A stretch of 64,000 nucleotides of DNA from Gammaproteobacteria bacterium (GCA_050306135.1 JBNLGQ010000029.1:43585-107584); one strand, 5' to 3'; counted from the stretch's first letter, positions 1 to 9,701 are shown. The notes: generated by a model not told the origin, from the letters alone. Numbers and translations: made by a program.

Positions 1-207
1 GTGAATATGCTCAGGGTAGGGCGTATTGCTTTGTTATATCAAACCAGAGACAGGGCTTTCTGCGGGCTATGGGATCGTAAGGAAAACAGGTGGATGCCAC
101 TGGATAACAGTGAATATCGCAATTCGATTGTTCAGGGACTGAGGATCGCAAAAAATCAGGCCGCAATTGAATTGCTTCAGTTGCCTGTGGCAGGAGTTAG
201 CCAATGA
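1..207 (+). CDS. 3' end of the gene upstream of ttpC; possibly a TtpB/DUF3450-like protein (partial)
   Basis: The ORF runs in from the left edge and overlaps the start of the ttpC-like gene by 4 nt. It is assigned only by synteny with Vibrio TonB2 clusters (ttpB-ttpC-exbB-exbD-tonB-ttpD). I recognise no motif in it. Confidence 0.3.
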   Translation: MNMLRVGRIALLYQTRDRAFCGLWDRKENRWMPLDNSEYRNSIVQGLRIAKNQAAIELLQLPVAGVSQ

Positions 208-1607
208 AGCTATTACACAAACAGGCTTTGATGGTACTACTTGCAGGACTTATATCAGTCATGGTCAATAGCGTACAGGCTCAGTCAGCACATAGCCTTG
301 ATCAGTTACTTGAGCAGGTTAAGCTGTCGAAACAGCTTTCTGGTAAGGAGAATAAGCAACGCGAAACTGAGTTTTTACAACAGAAGAATCAGCAGAAGGA
401 GAAACTAACACAGGCGCAAGCACAACTTAAGCAGCTTGAAAAAAACAGTGCAGAACTGGAGCAGCAGTTTGCCACCAACGAACAGCTGATACAGGCCAAA
501 CGTCAGCAGCTACAGCAACGTATGGGTAACTTAAAAGAACTGTTTGGACATCTCACTGCTGCGTCAGGAGATTTTCGTAGCAATATAGAAACCTCTATCA
601 TCAGTGCGCAGTATCCAGGGCGTGAGCAGGTGTTTGATCAGTTAATCGATAAAATGAGTAATGCCACATTGTTACCCGAGGTAAGTGAGATAGAAGCACT
701 GTGGTATGAAATGTTAAGAGAAATGACTGAATCCTCAAAGGTTGTTCGCTTTAATGCTGAAGTGATTAAACCGGATGGTGAAACGCGTAAGCAATCGATT
801 ATACGCATTGGCACCTTTAACCTGGTGAGTGAAGGGAAATACCTCAGTTATTCGTCGCAAAGTAACAGCATTGGCGAATTAAGCCGTCAACCCGCTTCAA
901 ACTATACCAGTGCTACCCAGCAACTGGAGTCGTCAACAGCTGCTTATACCCGAATTGGAATAGATCCGACAGGGCCGAGCGGAGGTAGTTATTTATCCGC
1001 ATTAGTTGATACACCAACATTGCTTGAACGCTGGCATCAGGGTGGAATTGTGGGATATATCATTACCGCCATTGGTGCGATCACTGCCCTGATAGTGCTG
1101 TGGAGAATAGTGGTGTTGAGTCTAATGGAATCGAGCGTATTAAAACTGTTAAAAGCCAAAACACTGGATAAGCAACAGAAGCTCAACAATGCATTGGGGC
1201 GGGTACTGATGGTCCATCTGAATAATCCATCAATGGATGCTGAAACACTGGAAGCCAAACTCAGTGAAGCAATTTTAAAAGAGCGCCCAGCTATAGAACG
1301 TTATCTCCCGCTATTAAAGATTGTAGCCATGGTTGCTCCTCTGTTAGGGCTGCTGGGGACTGTAGCCGGAATGATCATGACCTTTCAGGCTATTACCATT
1401 TATGGCGCAGGCGACCCTAAAGCCATGGCGAGTGGAATATCCAGTGCACTGGTGACCACCGTGCTAGGTTTGCTGGTGGCTATACCTACAGTGTTTGCGC
1501 ATTCACTGCTCAATGGTAAGGCACAGAATATTTTGCACATACTGGAACAGCAAAGCATGGGGCTAATCGCTCGCCATACCGAGTCACAGTTATCCGCTAA
1601 GGGGTGA
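204..1607 (+). CDS. TtpC-like MotA/TolQ/ExbB-family protein; long N-terminal coiled-coil with a C-terminal proton-channel domain
   Basis: 467 aa. It has a signal/TM segment, a Q/E/K-rich coiled coil, and C-terminal TM helices carrying the 'LLGLLGTVAGMIMTF' MotA/TolQ/ExbB signature. It precedes exbB-exbD-tonB as ttpC does in TonB2 systems. Confidence 0.7.
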   Translation: MKLLHKQALMVLLAGLISVMVNSVQAQSAHSLDQLLEQVKLSKQLSGKENKQRETEFLQQKNQQKEKLTQAQAQLKQLEKNSAELEQQFATNEQLIQAKRQQLQQRMGNLKELFGHLTAASGDFRSNIETSIISAQYPGREQVFDQLIDKMSNATLLPEVSEIEALWYEMLREMTESSKVVRFNAEVIKPDGETRKQSIIRIGTFNLVSEGKYLSYSSQSNSIGELSRQPASNYTSATQQLESSTAAYTRIGIDPTGPSGGSYLSALVDTPTLLERWHQGGIVGYIITAIGAITALIVLWRIVVLSLMESSVLKLLKAKTLDKQQKLNNALGRVLMVHLNNPSMDAETLEAKLSEAILKERPAIERYLPLLKIVAMVAPLLGLLGTVAGMIMTFQAITIYGAGDPKAMASGISSALVTTVLGLLVAIPTVFAHSLLNGKAQNILHILEQQSMGLIARHTESQLSAKG

Positions 1608-2140
1608 GCATGAGACTAGACGAGATTGTTATTTTACTACTCGACTTTATGCATAAGGGTGGTGAAGTCATGTGGCTGATTGCATTGTTGGCTTTGCAGT
1701 TATGGACGCTGGTTTTCGAAAGACTGTGGTATCTATCCAGCGGCATTTACAGGGAGTTTCAAAAAGTTAAAGCAGATTGGTTAAAACGAGGTGATCATTA
1801 TTCCAGATCGGCAAAACATATTCAGGCGGCGGCTATTGCACGTTTGTATCAAAAGATAGACCTGAATATCAATCTGGTCAAAACACTGGTTTTACTCTGC
1901 CCCTTATTAGGTCTGCTGGGCACTGTTAGTGGCATGATATCGGTATTCGATGTGATTGCCTTTACCAGCATGGGTGATGTCAAGCTGATGGCGAATGGAG
2001 TATCTCGCGCTACCATTCCAACCATGGCGAGTATGGTGATTTCTATTTCAGGCCTGATGGCCCATACCTGGCTACGCAAAATAGCAGATGGTAGAAAACA
2101 ACAGATTAACGAAGACTTCAGCGGTGAGCAACATGCGTAA
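1604..2140 (+). CDS. exbB: ExbB/TolQ-family biopolymer transport protein
   Basis: 178 aa with three TM helices and the 'LLGLLGTVSGMI' motif. Its start overlaps the ttpC stop. It begins at GTG 1604 or ATG 1610. Confidence 0.75.
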   Translation: MSMRLDEIVILLLDFMHKGGEVMWLIALLALQLWTLVFERLWYLSSGIYREFQKVKADWLKRGDHYSRSAKHIQAAAIARLYQKIDLNINLVKTLVLLCPLLGLLGTVSGMISVFDVIAFTSMGDVKLMANGVSRATIPTMASMVISISGLMAHTWLRKIADGRKQQINEDFSGEQHA

Positions 2141-2543
2141 AAGTTTGATTCAAAGAGCAACCCAGAATGATGAATCAATGGTTGATATGACACCCATGCT
2201 GGATGTGGTTTTTATTATGCTGATCTTTTTTATCGTGACCGCATCCTTTGTCAAGGAAAGCGGTATCGAGGTGCAGCGTCCACAGGCAGAAACTGCTGAA
2301 GCGAAAGAAAATGCCAGCATTCTGATTGCCATTAGTGCCAGCAATGAAATCTGGATTGATCAACGCAGAATTGATATTAGATCCGTACGTGCCAATGTAG
2401 AGCGCCTGCATGCTGAAAACCCCAAAGGTTCAGTGATTATTCAGGCCGATGAAAGTGCCACAGTAAAAACCCTGACAGCAGTGACCGATGCCTCGCGTCA
2501 GGCGGGTGTGAGAGAGGTGTCTGTCGCAACCATGAAACAATAA
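2133..2543 (+). CDS. exbD: ExbD/TolR-family biopolymer transport protein
   Basis: The sequence 'MTPMLDVVFIMLIFFIV' is the typical ExbD N-terminal TM helix. ATG 2133 overlaps the exbB stop (ATGCGTAA). The longer ORF from 2088 is probably not used. Confidence 0.75.
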   Translation: MRKSLIQRATQNDESMVDMTPMLDVVFIMLIFFIVTASFVKESGIEVQRPQAETAEAKENASILIAISASNEIWIDQRRIDIRSVRANVERLHAENPKGSVIIQADESATVKTLTAVTDASRQAGVREVSVATMKQ

Positions 2544-2549
2544 ATAAAC

Positions 2550-3161
2550 ATGTTATTGCGTCAGCTAATATTTGTGGGGCCTGCGTTACTGGTAACTGCA
2601 GGCCTGTTCATCTTGATGACATCTATCCTGCATCATGATGAATATCAGATTGACGATCAGGGTAGCATTCTGGCGGCTGACTTCCTGATGCCCGAGCGCA
2701 GGATAGAAACCATGCGCCAGATTGAAAAACCGGAAAAGCCAGAAATCAGGACCGAACCGCAGCTCCAATTACCTGAAGTCACCCTGTTAAATAACCAGTC
2801 CTCAATGGAAGAAATCCCGAAATTCAAAGTACCCAGAATGGAGGCTAATGTAAAGATCAATATGAGCCTGCCACAGTCATCGGGAGATAGTGATTACATG
2901 CCTGTACTAAAGGTAGCTCCATTATATCCCCAACGTGCACTTAAACGTGGCCAGGAAGGTTATGTGCTTGTTGAATTTACTGTGACACGCAGTGGTACAG
3001 TGCGCGATGTTAAAGTGATTGAGTCCAAACCTAAATACCTGTTTGATAATGCAGCAATAGAAGCGGCGAGAAAATTCAAATACAAGCCACGAAAAGTGGA
3101 TGGTGAACCAGTAGAAGTGCATGGTGTGCGAAATCAGTTTTCTTTCCGGCTGGAGAAGTAA
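2550..3161 (+). CDS. tonB: TonB-family energy transducer (C-terminal TonB domain)
   Basis: 203 aa with an N-terminal TM anchor, a Pro/Glu-rich spacer ('EKPEKPEIRTEPQLQLPEV'), and a C-terminal TonB fold ('YPQRALKRGQEGYVLVEFTVTRSGTVRDVKV'). Confidence 0.7.
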   Translation: MLLRQLIFVGPALLVTAGLFILMTSILHHDEYQIDDQGSILAADFLMPERRIETMRQIEKPEKPEIRTEPQLQLPEVTLLNNQSSMEEIPKFKVPRMEANVKINMSLPQSSGDSDYMPVLKVAPLYPQRALKRGQEGYVLVEFTVTRSGTVRDVKVIESKPKYLFDNAAIEAARKFKYKPRKVDGEPVEVHGVRNQFSFRLEK

Positions 3162-3164
3162 CTC

Positions 3165-4376
3165 ATGCGCAAGGTGTTATATCTGATTCTAATGATGTGC
3201 CTGACTTTTCCGCTTATTGCAACGGCAAAAACGGCACCGGTAGTCAGAGAGCGCATACTGACGCAATTACAGAAGTCTCAAAAAATGATAGAGGCTGGAG
3301 AGTACAGCAAGTCTTTTGAATTGTTGAATGAACTGAGTGAAGCAGAATTAACTAACTATGAACACTCACAGGTTTACAAATTACTCGCCTACCAGTTTTT
3401 TCAGTCGAATGAATACAGTAAGGCAATACCTTACTACCAGAAAATTCTACAGCTTGAGGATTTGCCACAGTTCACAGTGGATGAATCGCTTTATAGTCTG
3501 AGCCAGCTATATTTCTCAGTGGAGGATTATGTTTCAGCTGAAAAAATATTAAGTCAGTGGTTTGAGCATAACCCTGATGCAGGTGTGCTGGCCTACGAAC
3601 TACAGGGACAGATTTATTATCAGCTCAAGCAGAAAGCACAGGCGATTAAATCATTAACGAAAGCCATAGAGTTAAATCAGCAAAACAATAAACCGCCACG
3701 CCAGAACTGGTTGCAAATGTTACAGGGGCTTTATTACGAATCAGGAGATATATCCAGCACCATTAAAACGGTAGAGCAATTAATCCACTATTACCCCAAA
3801 AAAGTTTACTGGTTACAGCTAGCCGGTCTGTATGGCGAGCAGGAGCAAATAGACAGGCAGCTGTATGTGATGGACGCAGCCTATACCGAGGGCTTGCTGA
3901 ACAGGGAAAGCGAGTTAAAAAATCTTGCCTATCTATATCTCGATCAGCAGGTGCCATATCAGGCAGCAAAAATTTTACAGAAGGGGCTTGATGCAAAACT
4001 GATAACGCCAACTGAAAAAAATCTGCAACTACTGGCCGATGCCTGGCGTATGGCAAAAGAAATCAAACCCTCGATTGAGGCCCTGGAACTGGCCGCAAAA
4101 AAGGCCACGCATGGCAATCTTTATGCTCAGCTGGCACAGTTATATTTGCAGGACGAACAATATAAACAGGCTGAATCAGCCGCAAAACAGGCAATAGAAA
4201 AAGGGAGCTTAAAACAAATCGGTCAGCTGTATAACACACTTGGCATAGCCTTATTCAAACAGCAGAGATATGCATCCGCTAAGCAGGCGTTCACAAAAGC
4301 TAAACAGGATCCTGAAGCGAAAAAGACAGCTCTGCAATGGATAAAATATGTGGAAAGTTTTGAAGGCAAAGGCTAG
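3165..4376 (+). CDS. TPR-repeat protein (TtpD-like, TonB2-system associated)
   Basis: 403 aa with a signal peptide and repeated TPR-like helix pairs ('YYQKILQLED', 'AIKSLTKAIELNQ', 'AKQAFTKAKQ'). It occupies the position of ttpD downstream of tonB2. Confidence 0.6.
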   Translation: MRKVLYLILMMCLTFPLIATAKTAPVVRERILTQLQKSQKMIEAGEYSKSFELLNELSEAELTNYEHSQVYKLLAYQFFQSNEYSKAIPYYQKILQLEDLPQFTVDESLYSLSQLYFSVEDYVSAEKILSQWFEHNPDAGVLAYELQGQIYYQLKQKAQAIKSLTKAIELNQQNNKPPRQNWLQMLQGLYYESGDISSTIKTVEQLIHYYPKKVYWLQLAGLYGEQEQIDRQLYVMDAAYTEGLLNRESELKNLAYLYLDQQVPYQAAKILQKGLDAKLITPTEKNLQLLADAWRMAKEIKPSIEALELAAKKATHGNLYAQLAQLYLQDEQYKQAESAAKQAIEKGSLKQIGQLYNTLGIALFKQQRYASAKQAFTKAKQDPEAKKTALQWIKYVESFEGKG

Positions 4377-4393
4377 GTATTAGCCTGAAAAAA

Positions 4394-4580
4394 TAACCAC
4401 GAAGCACACGAAGAGCACGAAGAGAATATACAAATAAATAACTTAGGGTCTGTTAAGAGGTGTAAAAAGGCTCTTGTATGTGCAATCTTGAAATAAAAAA
4501 TAACCACGAAGCACACGAAGAGCACGAAGGAAATGAACATATATAAAAAGTCTTCGTGAACTTCGTGTGCTTCGTGGTTA
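4394..4580. repeat. Cluster of 9-bp-periodic CACGAAG repeat units: one direct copy (4394-4422) and a palindromic pair (4501-4530 forward, 4552-4580 reverse) separated by a 21-nt AT-rich loop
   Basis: 'TAACCACGAAGCACACGAAGAGCACGAAG' occurs twice, and its reverse complement 'CTTCGTGAACTTCGTGTGCTTCGTGGTTA' once. It lies between the convergent TPR gene and ppnN. The same family recurs at 20281-20690 and 54316-54397. Confidence 0.8.
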
Positions 4581-4628
4581 AATATTAATCCTAAGCTATT
4601 CCTAATTCCTACAGAATCAGCGCCCAAA

Positions 4629-5960
4629 TTAGACTGAACTTCTGATCTGGTAACAGGGCTCGTAGTGGGTTCCTGGTAGCTTCATGCGCTGTTGTTCAAC
4701 GAATGCCTGTAGCAGCGCATCCACTGGTTGCATGATCTCGGGATCACCGCTGAGTTCAAATTTGCCTTTTTGCTTAATTTCTTCAATACCCTGCTGTTTG
4801 ATGTTACCGGACACCACACCTGAAAAGGCACAGCGCAGGTTAGCTGCGAGTAGGTGCTGTTGCTGATTCTTGGTCAGTGTCAGACTGCGCATGTTTTCAT
4901 GGGTTGGGATAAATGGCCTCTGAAATGATTCATCTACTTTCAGGTACCAGTTGTAGTAATAGGCGTCACCCTGCAGCTTACGAAACTCGCGTACCTGTTG
5001 TACGCCTTTCTTCATTTCCAGTGCAACACGAGCTGGATCCTCGATGATGATCTTGTAACGCTGCTGTGCTTCCATTCCCAGTGTATCCAGGATGAATCGG
5101 TTGACCTGATCAAAGTAATCTGTAGCAGTTTTTGGGCCGGTCAGGATTAACGGGAAGGGCACTTCTTTATTATCCGGGTGAGCAAGTATACCCAGCAGAT
5201 AAAGGATTTCTTCCATGGTACCCGCCCCACCAGGGAAAACGACAAAGCCATGCCCTAAACGAACGAAAGCTTCCAGACGTTTTTCGATATCCGGCATGAT
5301 GACCAGTTTGTTGACGATCGGGTTGGGTGATTCGGCAGCGATAATGCCAGGTTCAGTCATGCCGATGTAGCGTCCCAGCTCGCTGCGTTGTTTGGCATGA
5401 CCAATAGTCGCGCCTTTCATGGGGCCTTTCATTGCACCTGGTCCGCAACCCGTGCAGATATCAAGGTTGCGCAGGCCCATCTGGTAGCCAACCTCCTTGG
5501 TATAGTCGTATTCCTCTGGACTGATAGAATGCCCGCCCCAGCAGACCACAAGATTGGGTTCGAGCTCAGGGATAAATAGATCGGCATTACGCAGAATATG
5601 AAAGATAGCATTAGTGACATCTTCAGATTGATTCAGGTCGAATCGCTGTGAATGAACAACACTGTGGTGAGCGTAGAGTACATCGCGTAACACGGAGAAC
5701 AGGTGCTCGTTGATACCGGTAATCAATTCGCCATCGACGAATGCAATGGCAGGGGCATTTTTTAATGAAAGCTTAATACCGCGCTGCTTCTGGATCACCT
5801 CTACAGAAAAATCCGGGTAACGCTTGATCAGTTCCCGACCATCGTCGAGAGGGCTGCCACAGTTCAATACGGCAAGGGAGCAATTACGGAATACTTCAGC
5901 CAGTTCACCTTCACTGGCATCCAGGATATGACTGACCTCAAACTGGGACAGGCTTTGCAT
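4629..5960 (-). CDS. ppnN: Pyrimidine/purine nucleotide 5'-monophosphate nucleosidase PpnN (YgdH family, LOG-like domain)
   Basis: There are strong blocks shared with E. coli PpnN as I recall it: 'FRNCSLAVLN', 'VVCWGGHSI', 'NICTGCGPGAMKGPMKGA', 'IGMTEPGIIAAE', 'IMPDIEKRLEAFVR', LOG motif 'FPGGAGTMEE', 'LILTGPK', and 'MKLPG'. The start is set at the internal Met (MQSLSQFEV...) that aligns with the E. coli N-terminus. The ORF is open up to 6074. Confidence 0.8.
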   Translation of the reverse strand: MQSLSQFEVSHILDASEGELAEVFRNCSLAVLNCGSPLDDGRELIKRYPDFSVEVIQKQRGIKLSLKNAPAIAFVDGELITGINEHLFSVLRDVLYAHHSVVHSQRFDLNQSEDVTNAIFHILRNADLFIPELEPNLVVCWGGHSISPEEYDYTKEVGYQMGLRNLDICTGCGPGAMKGPMKGATIGHAKQRSELGRYIGMTEPGIIAAESPNPIVNKLVIMPDIEKRLEAFVRLGHGFVVFPGGAGTMEEILYLLGILAHPDNKEVPFPLILTGPKTATDYFDQVNRFILDTLGMEAQQRYKIIIEDPARVALEMKKGVQQVREFRKLQGDAYYYNWYLKVDESFQRPFIPTHENMRSLTLTKNQQQHLLAANLRCAFSGVVSGNIKQQGIEEIKQKGKFELSGDPEIMQPVDALLQAFVEQQRMKLPGTHYEPCYQIRSSV

Positions 5961-6485
5961 CTGCCCTCTGGGCGAGATCAATGCATCGATAACTTCAAAT
6001 TTCAACGGATCAATTCCATTAGCTTGTATAAAGAGGCAAGTATAACCGATCAGGTTATTGCTTATACAATCCAATACATGCTAACTGGAATTCAAAAAAT
6101 ATCACTTATTCAGCATCAATGAGAAGGAATAATATTGAATGAATAGTGCAATAAGTGGAAAACTCGGGTCAGAGAGGAATAGCACTTAAATAAGGCTAAC
6201 ATGCAGTTAATGCAAGGAAGGTAATCTCTTTGGCAGTGGGAATTCGTCAAGGTAAGAGATTCCATCCTCAGGCCCATAGAGAGGTCATATTTGTGCCTCT
6301 CATGCCGCGTGAAGTTTAGCCCTTCTGCCCTTTAGAATTTTTGTAGAAATAAGCAAGATCAGTCTTAATGGAGTCATCCTTGGGTATTTTTGTAGGAATA
6401 TTCTTACCTTTTTAATAGCTCTGTAATTTCATCAAATAACCTATAATAGCTCGCGTTTTACTAACATTTTTAACATAGTAGTTTT

Positions 6486-8495
6486 ATGAAAGCATTAAGG
6501 GTACTCACCTGTTTATTATTTGGTTTGTCAATATTATTCAATTATGCTAATGCAGGTATTAAGCTTAATAAGAAGGACGTCCATATAGGTATTACAAAAA
6601 AACCGCTATGGGTTTCGAATATATCAATCGATTATACAAAACCTGATTCGCTCAGATCTCCCAAGCATTACCACCTTTATGATCAACAATTTAATCTTAT
6701 AGATGGATACCAGAAGTATTTCCGTCATGTATACACACTCAATGATGCTTCTTCAATTGAATCGGCTGCAGATATTAAAATTGAGTTTGATCCATTTTAT
6801 GAAAAACTTGAAATTCACAAGATAAATGTTATTCGCAGTGGGAATACCATTAGCAAATTAAACAAAAAGGATATCCAGATTATCAGTTCAGAAGCTGAAA
6901 AAGATAATAATATTTATTCTGGAACGGTCACGGCATTACTTCTTCTGCCAGATATTCGTAAAGGAGATACCATCGATTATAGTTATACTATTAAGGGTAT
7001 GAATCCTGTTTATCTTAATAAGTTTTCAAAATTTATTAGGCTTGGTTGGCAAATAAATATTGATCATATTCATGTGTCAATCAATACGCCAAAAAATATA
7101 GAACTAAAAATTAACAAATTTGATATAGATGAAGATGTTAAAAGACAGGAGTTTGAAAATAAAAAAGTAATAGAGTTGGATATGTATAATTCTATAGCAT
7201 ATGAAAATGAGGGCAATCTTCCATCGTGGTTTATACCGTACCCCTATTTACAGGTATCCCAGTATGCCACCTGGTCTGATGTATCAGTCTGGGCAAACAG
7301 TCTTTTTGATGATGAAGAAACTCATTCAGCATCTTTAACAAATTATATAAGTAAGCTAATGGCGATGGATAAAACATCTGCTATAAACCATGCAATCAAT
7401 TTCGTCCAGAATAATATACGTTATTTAAGTTTAAATATTGCCGAAAACTCGCACAAGGCTCATTCTGTAAATGAAGTTTTTGAAAACAGATATGGTGACT
7501 GTAAGGATAAGGCTCAATTGTTATCAGTTATTTTGCGTACTATAGGTGTTAGAGCATATCCTGCATTAGTAAGCTCTAAAAATTCTATATTTATGAATCA
7601 TGCATTAGCTGGTCATGATTTATTTGATCATGCAATTGTGATGATGAAGATTGGTAATGAAGTGACATGGGTTGACCCGACGATTACCTATCAAGGTTAT
7701 AATTATCGAGAAAAATATCATCCTGATTATGGACTAGCATTGGTGGTTAACCATGAGTACTTTTCGGAATTGACCAGAATGAATAAGCCGAGTCCGACAT
7801 CTGTTTTTATTGAAGAGCAAATTGTTACAGCTGACTATTCCTCACCTGCTGACTGGGAAATTAAAACCATATTTATCGGAAGTGAAGCCGAAGATATGCG
7901 CTACCGATTAGCTCGTGATGGGATAAAAAAAACCGAAAAAAAATATCTGAACTATTACGCAGAGAAATATCCTGAAATAGAAAAATCTTCAGATCTTAAA
8001 ATTGAAGATGATACTGAAAAGAATCAAATAACGATCAAGGAGTTCTACTCGGTACCAGGATTTTGGGATCAATTAAATACAGGGGAGGTTGGTTTTAACC
8101 TGGATGCCGATTATATGGGGGATTATGTTAAATTGCCAAAAACGGTTAAAAGATTTCAGCCTTTGAAAATCTATCACCCTGTTTCTATAAATCATAAGGT
8201 GACTTTGCTACTTCCTGAGCATCTTGACTGGTCGAAGGTGGCTTCAACAGAAAATATTGATGACGATTATGTTGTTTTTAAATCAATTACCTCTTTTGAT
8301 AATCGTAGATTTATATTTGAGAACAGCTATAAATCTAAAAATGGTTTTATTAGTGCAGATAAAATTCCTGATCATTTGGAATTGCTCAAAAAAATTCGTA
8401 GCAATTTAAGGTTTGCGGGGAGCATCTATGATATAGAAAATTACGCTGGTAAAAAGGCAGTGGAAGATTTGTTAAATGCAATCACAGATCTTTAA
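6486..8495 (+). CDS. Secreted transglutaminase-like cysteine protease-fold protein with an N-terminal DUF3857-like domain
   Basis: 669 aa with a signal peptide. It carries a transglutaminase-like Cys-His-Asp core: 'YGDCKDKAQLL' (Cys), 'LFDHAIVMM' (His), and 'WVDPT' (Asp). The nucleotide composition is markedly AT-rich compared with its neighbours. Confidence 0.65.
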   Translation: MKALRVLTCLLFGLSILFNYANAGIKLNKKDVHIGITKKPLWVSNISIDYTKPDSLRSPKHYHLYDQQFNLIDGYQKYFRHVYTLNDASSIESAADIKIEFDPFYEKLEIHKINVIRSGNTISKLNKKDIQIISSEAEKDNNIYSGTVTALLLLPDIRKGDTIDYSYTIKGMNPVYLNKFSKFIRLGWQINIDHIHVSINTPKNIELKINKFDIDEDVKRQEFENKKVIELDMYNSIAYENEGNLPSWFIPYPYLQVSQYATWSDVSVWANSLFDDEETHSASLTNYISKLMAMDKTSAINHAINFVQNNIRYLSLNIAENSHKAHSVNEVFENRYGDCKDKAQLLSVILRTIGVRAYPALVSSKNSIFMNHALAGHDLFDHAIVMMKIGNEVTWVDPTITYQGYNYREKYHPDYGLALVVNHEYFSELTRMNKPSPTSVFIEEQIVTADYSSPADWEIKTIFIGSEAEDMRYRLARDGIKKTEKKYLNYYAEKYPEIEKSSDLKIEDDTEKNQITIKEFYSVPGFWDQLNTGEVGFNLDADYMGDYVKLPKTVKRFQPLKIYHPVSINHKVTLLLPEHLDWSKVASTENIDDDYVVFKSITSFDNRRFIFENSYKSKNGFISADKIPDHLELLKKIRSNLRFAGSIYDIENYAGKKAVEDLLNAITDL

Positions 8496-8516
8496 ATAAA
8501 CATTTTTATTATAAAT

Positions 8517-9701
8517 ATGAAAACCATATCCAAGGCATTTTCTCTATTCGCTATTCTATTATTTTTAGCTGGTTGTAATTCTTTGAAAGTTGATGAAAAC
8601 GTTGGCAGTCAACAATTGCAACCCTCTTTAAAAGAACTATCCATTTATAATTTCAATAAAAAATTTGAAAATGCCTTAAATAATAAAAATTTTGATTTCA
8701 TAAAAAGGATCATCAGTTCTGAATCAATAATAAAATACCTGGAGAAAAAATATTTGCCTGAGTATGCTGACGTTGCCTTTCTTTTTGGTGGAAAAGATAA
8801 ATTTGAAAAACTAATAGATTTTGGTCATATATTTAAATCAGGTATTGTTAAGGTTTTAGATAATAATCCAAATAACAACAACTGGACATATTTGTATTCT
8901 CAGTATAGCAAGGAAAGCGAGCTTACGATTAGCTTGTATAGGATCATTATAGAAGGAAGGTTGCAGTATATAAAATTTTACTTTGATGAAGATAGAAAAC
9001 TCGTTGATCTTCATGTGGCAGGTTATAAATATAGTGATTTTGATCTAATGGTTAATATGATGGCATTGCCATTAAGATCCGGCAAAAAGAGTAATAATTA
9101 CTACGATATAATACGAAGATTCACTGAAAATACCAAAAACTCAGACATAGAAAAATTAGAATCTGATTTCAAAACTTTAGACGATGAGTTAAAAAACTCT
9201 GATGTATTTTACGATTTCTTACTGAAGTTACAAGTGAGCTTACAGAAAGAGCCAGCAAAAAAATTTATTACCCTTATGCAGGAACATATGAAATATCAAA
9301 GCTTTTTGTTGTACCCGTACTTAGAGAATGTTGAAATCACTGAAGAAAGGATACTGTATATAGAAAACTTATTGAATTTCACCAATAATGACAGTAACGC
9401 TCTCTCCGATTTATCTTTGACTTATGCCCAAACAGGTGACTTTATAACAGCCTTAAGACTAGGAAAAAAGGCGCTTATGAAGAGTCCCGAAGATGAGGAG
9501 ATATTTTGGGATTTTCTTGAAGTTACTATTTTGTCTGGACGTTTTGATTTAAGCACTAAGATCCTTCGTGTTCTAAACGAAAAATTCCAAATAAAACTTA
9601 ACGAAGAAAATCTTGCGGCGCTAGATCAATACCCAAAATTCATCAACTCTCAATCATACAAGGTATGGCTCACCGAAAATAAGATATCCTCAGGTCAATA
9701 A
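8517..9701 (+). CDS. Lipoprotein with C-terminal TPR-like repeats (function unknown)
   Basis: 394 aa with the lipobox 'LLFLAGC'. It is Asn/Lys-rich and low-GC. The C-terminal region is TPR-like ('LSLTYAQTGDFITALRLGKKALMKSPEDEE'). It lies 21 nt downstream of the transglutaminase-like gene. Confidence 0.5.
   Translation: MKTISKAFSLFAILLFLAGCNSLKVDENVGSQQLQPSLKELSIYNFNKKFENALNNKNFDFIKRIISSESIIKYLEKKYLPEYADVAFLFGGKDKFEKLIDFGHIFKSGIVKVLDNNPNNNNWTYLYSQYSKESELTISLYRIIIEGRLQYIKFYFDEDRKLVDLHVAGYKYSDFDLMVNMMALPLRSGKKSNNYYDIIRRFTENTKNSDIEKLESDFKTLDDELKNSDVFYDFLLKLQVSLQKEPAKKFITLMQEHMKYQSFLLYPYLENVEITEERILYIENLLNFTNNDSNALSDLSLTYAQTGDFITALRLGKKALMKSPEDEEIFWDFLEVTILSGRFDLSTKILRVLNEKFQIKLNEENLAALDQYPKFINSQSYKVWLTENKISSGQ

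Noticed and set aside
4373-4627. 84-aa minus-strand ORF spanning the CACGAAG repeat cluster
   Set aside because: The ORF is made up of the repeats themselves, translated as 'HEAHEVHED'. It is not a gene.
6486-9701. Possibility that the low-GC islet is a mobile element or prophage remnant
   Set aside because: There is no integrase, transposase, tRNA or recognisable attachment repeats at the borders within the window. I report it only as a compositional islet.
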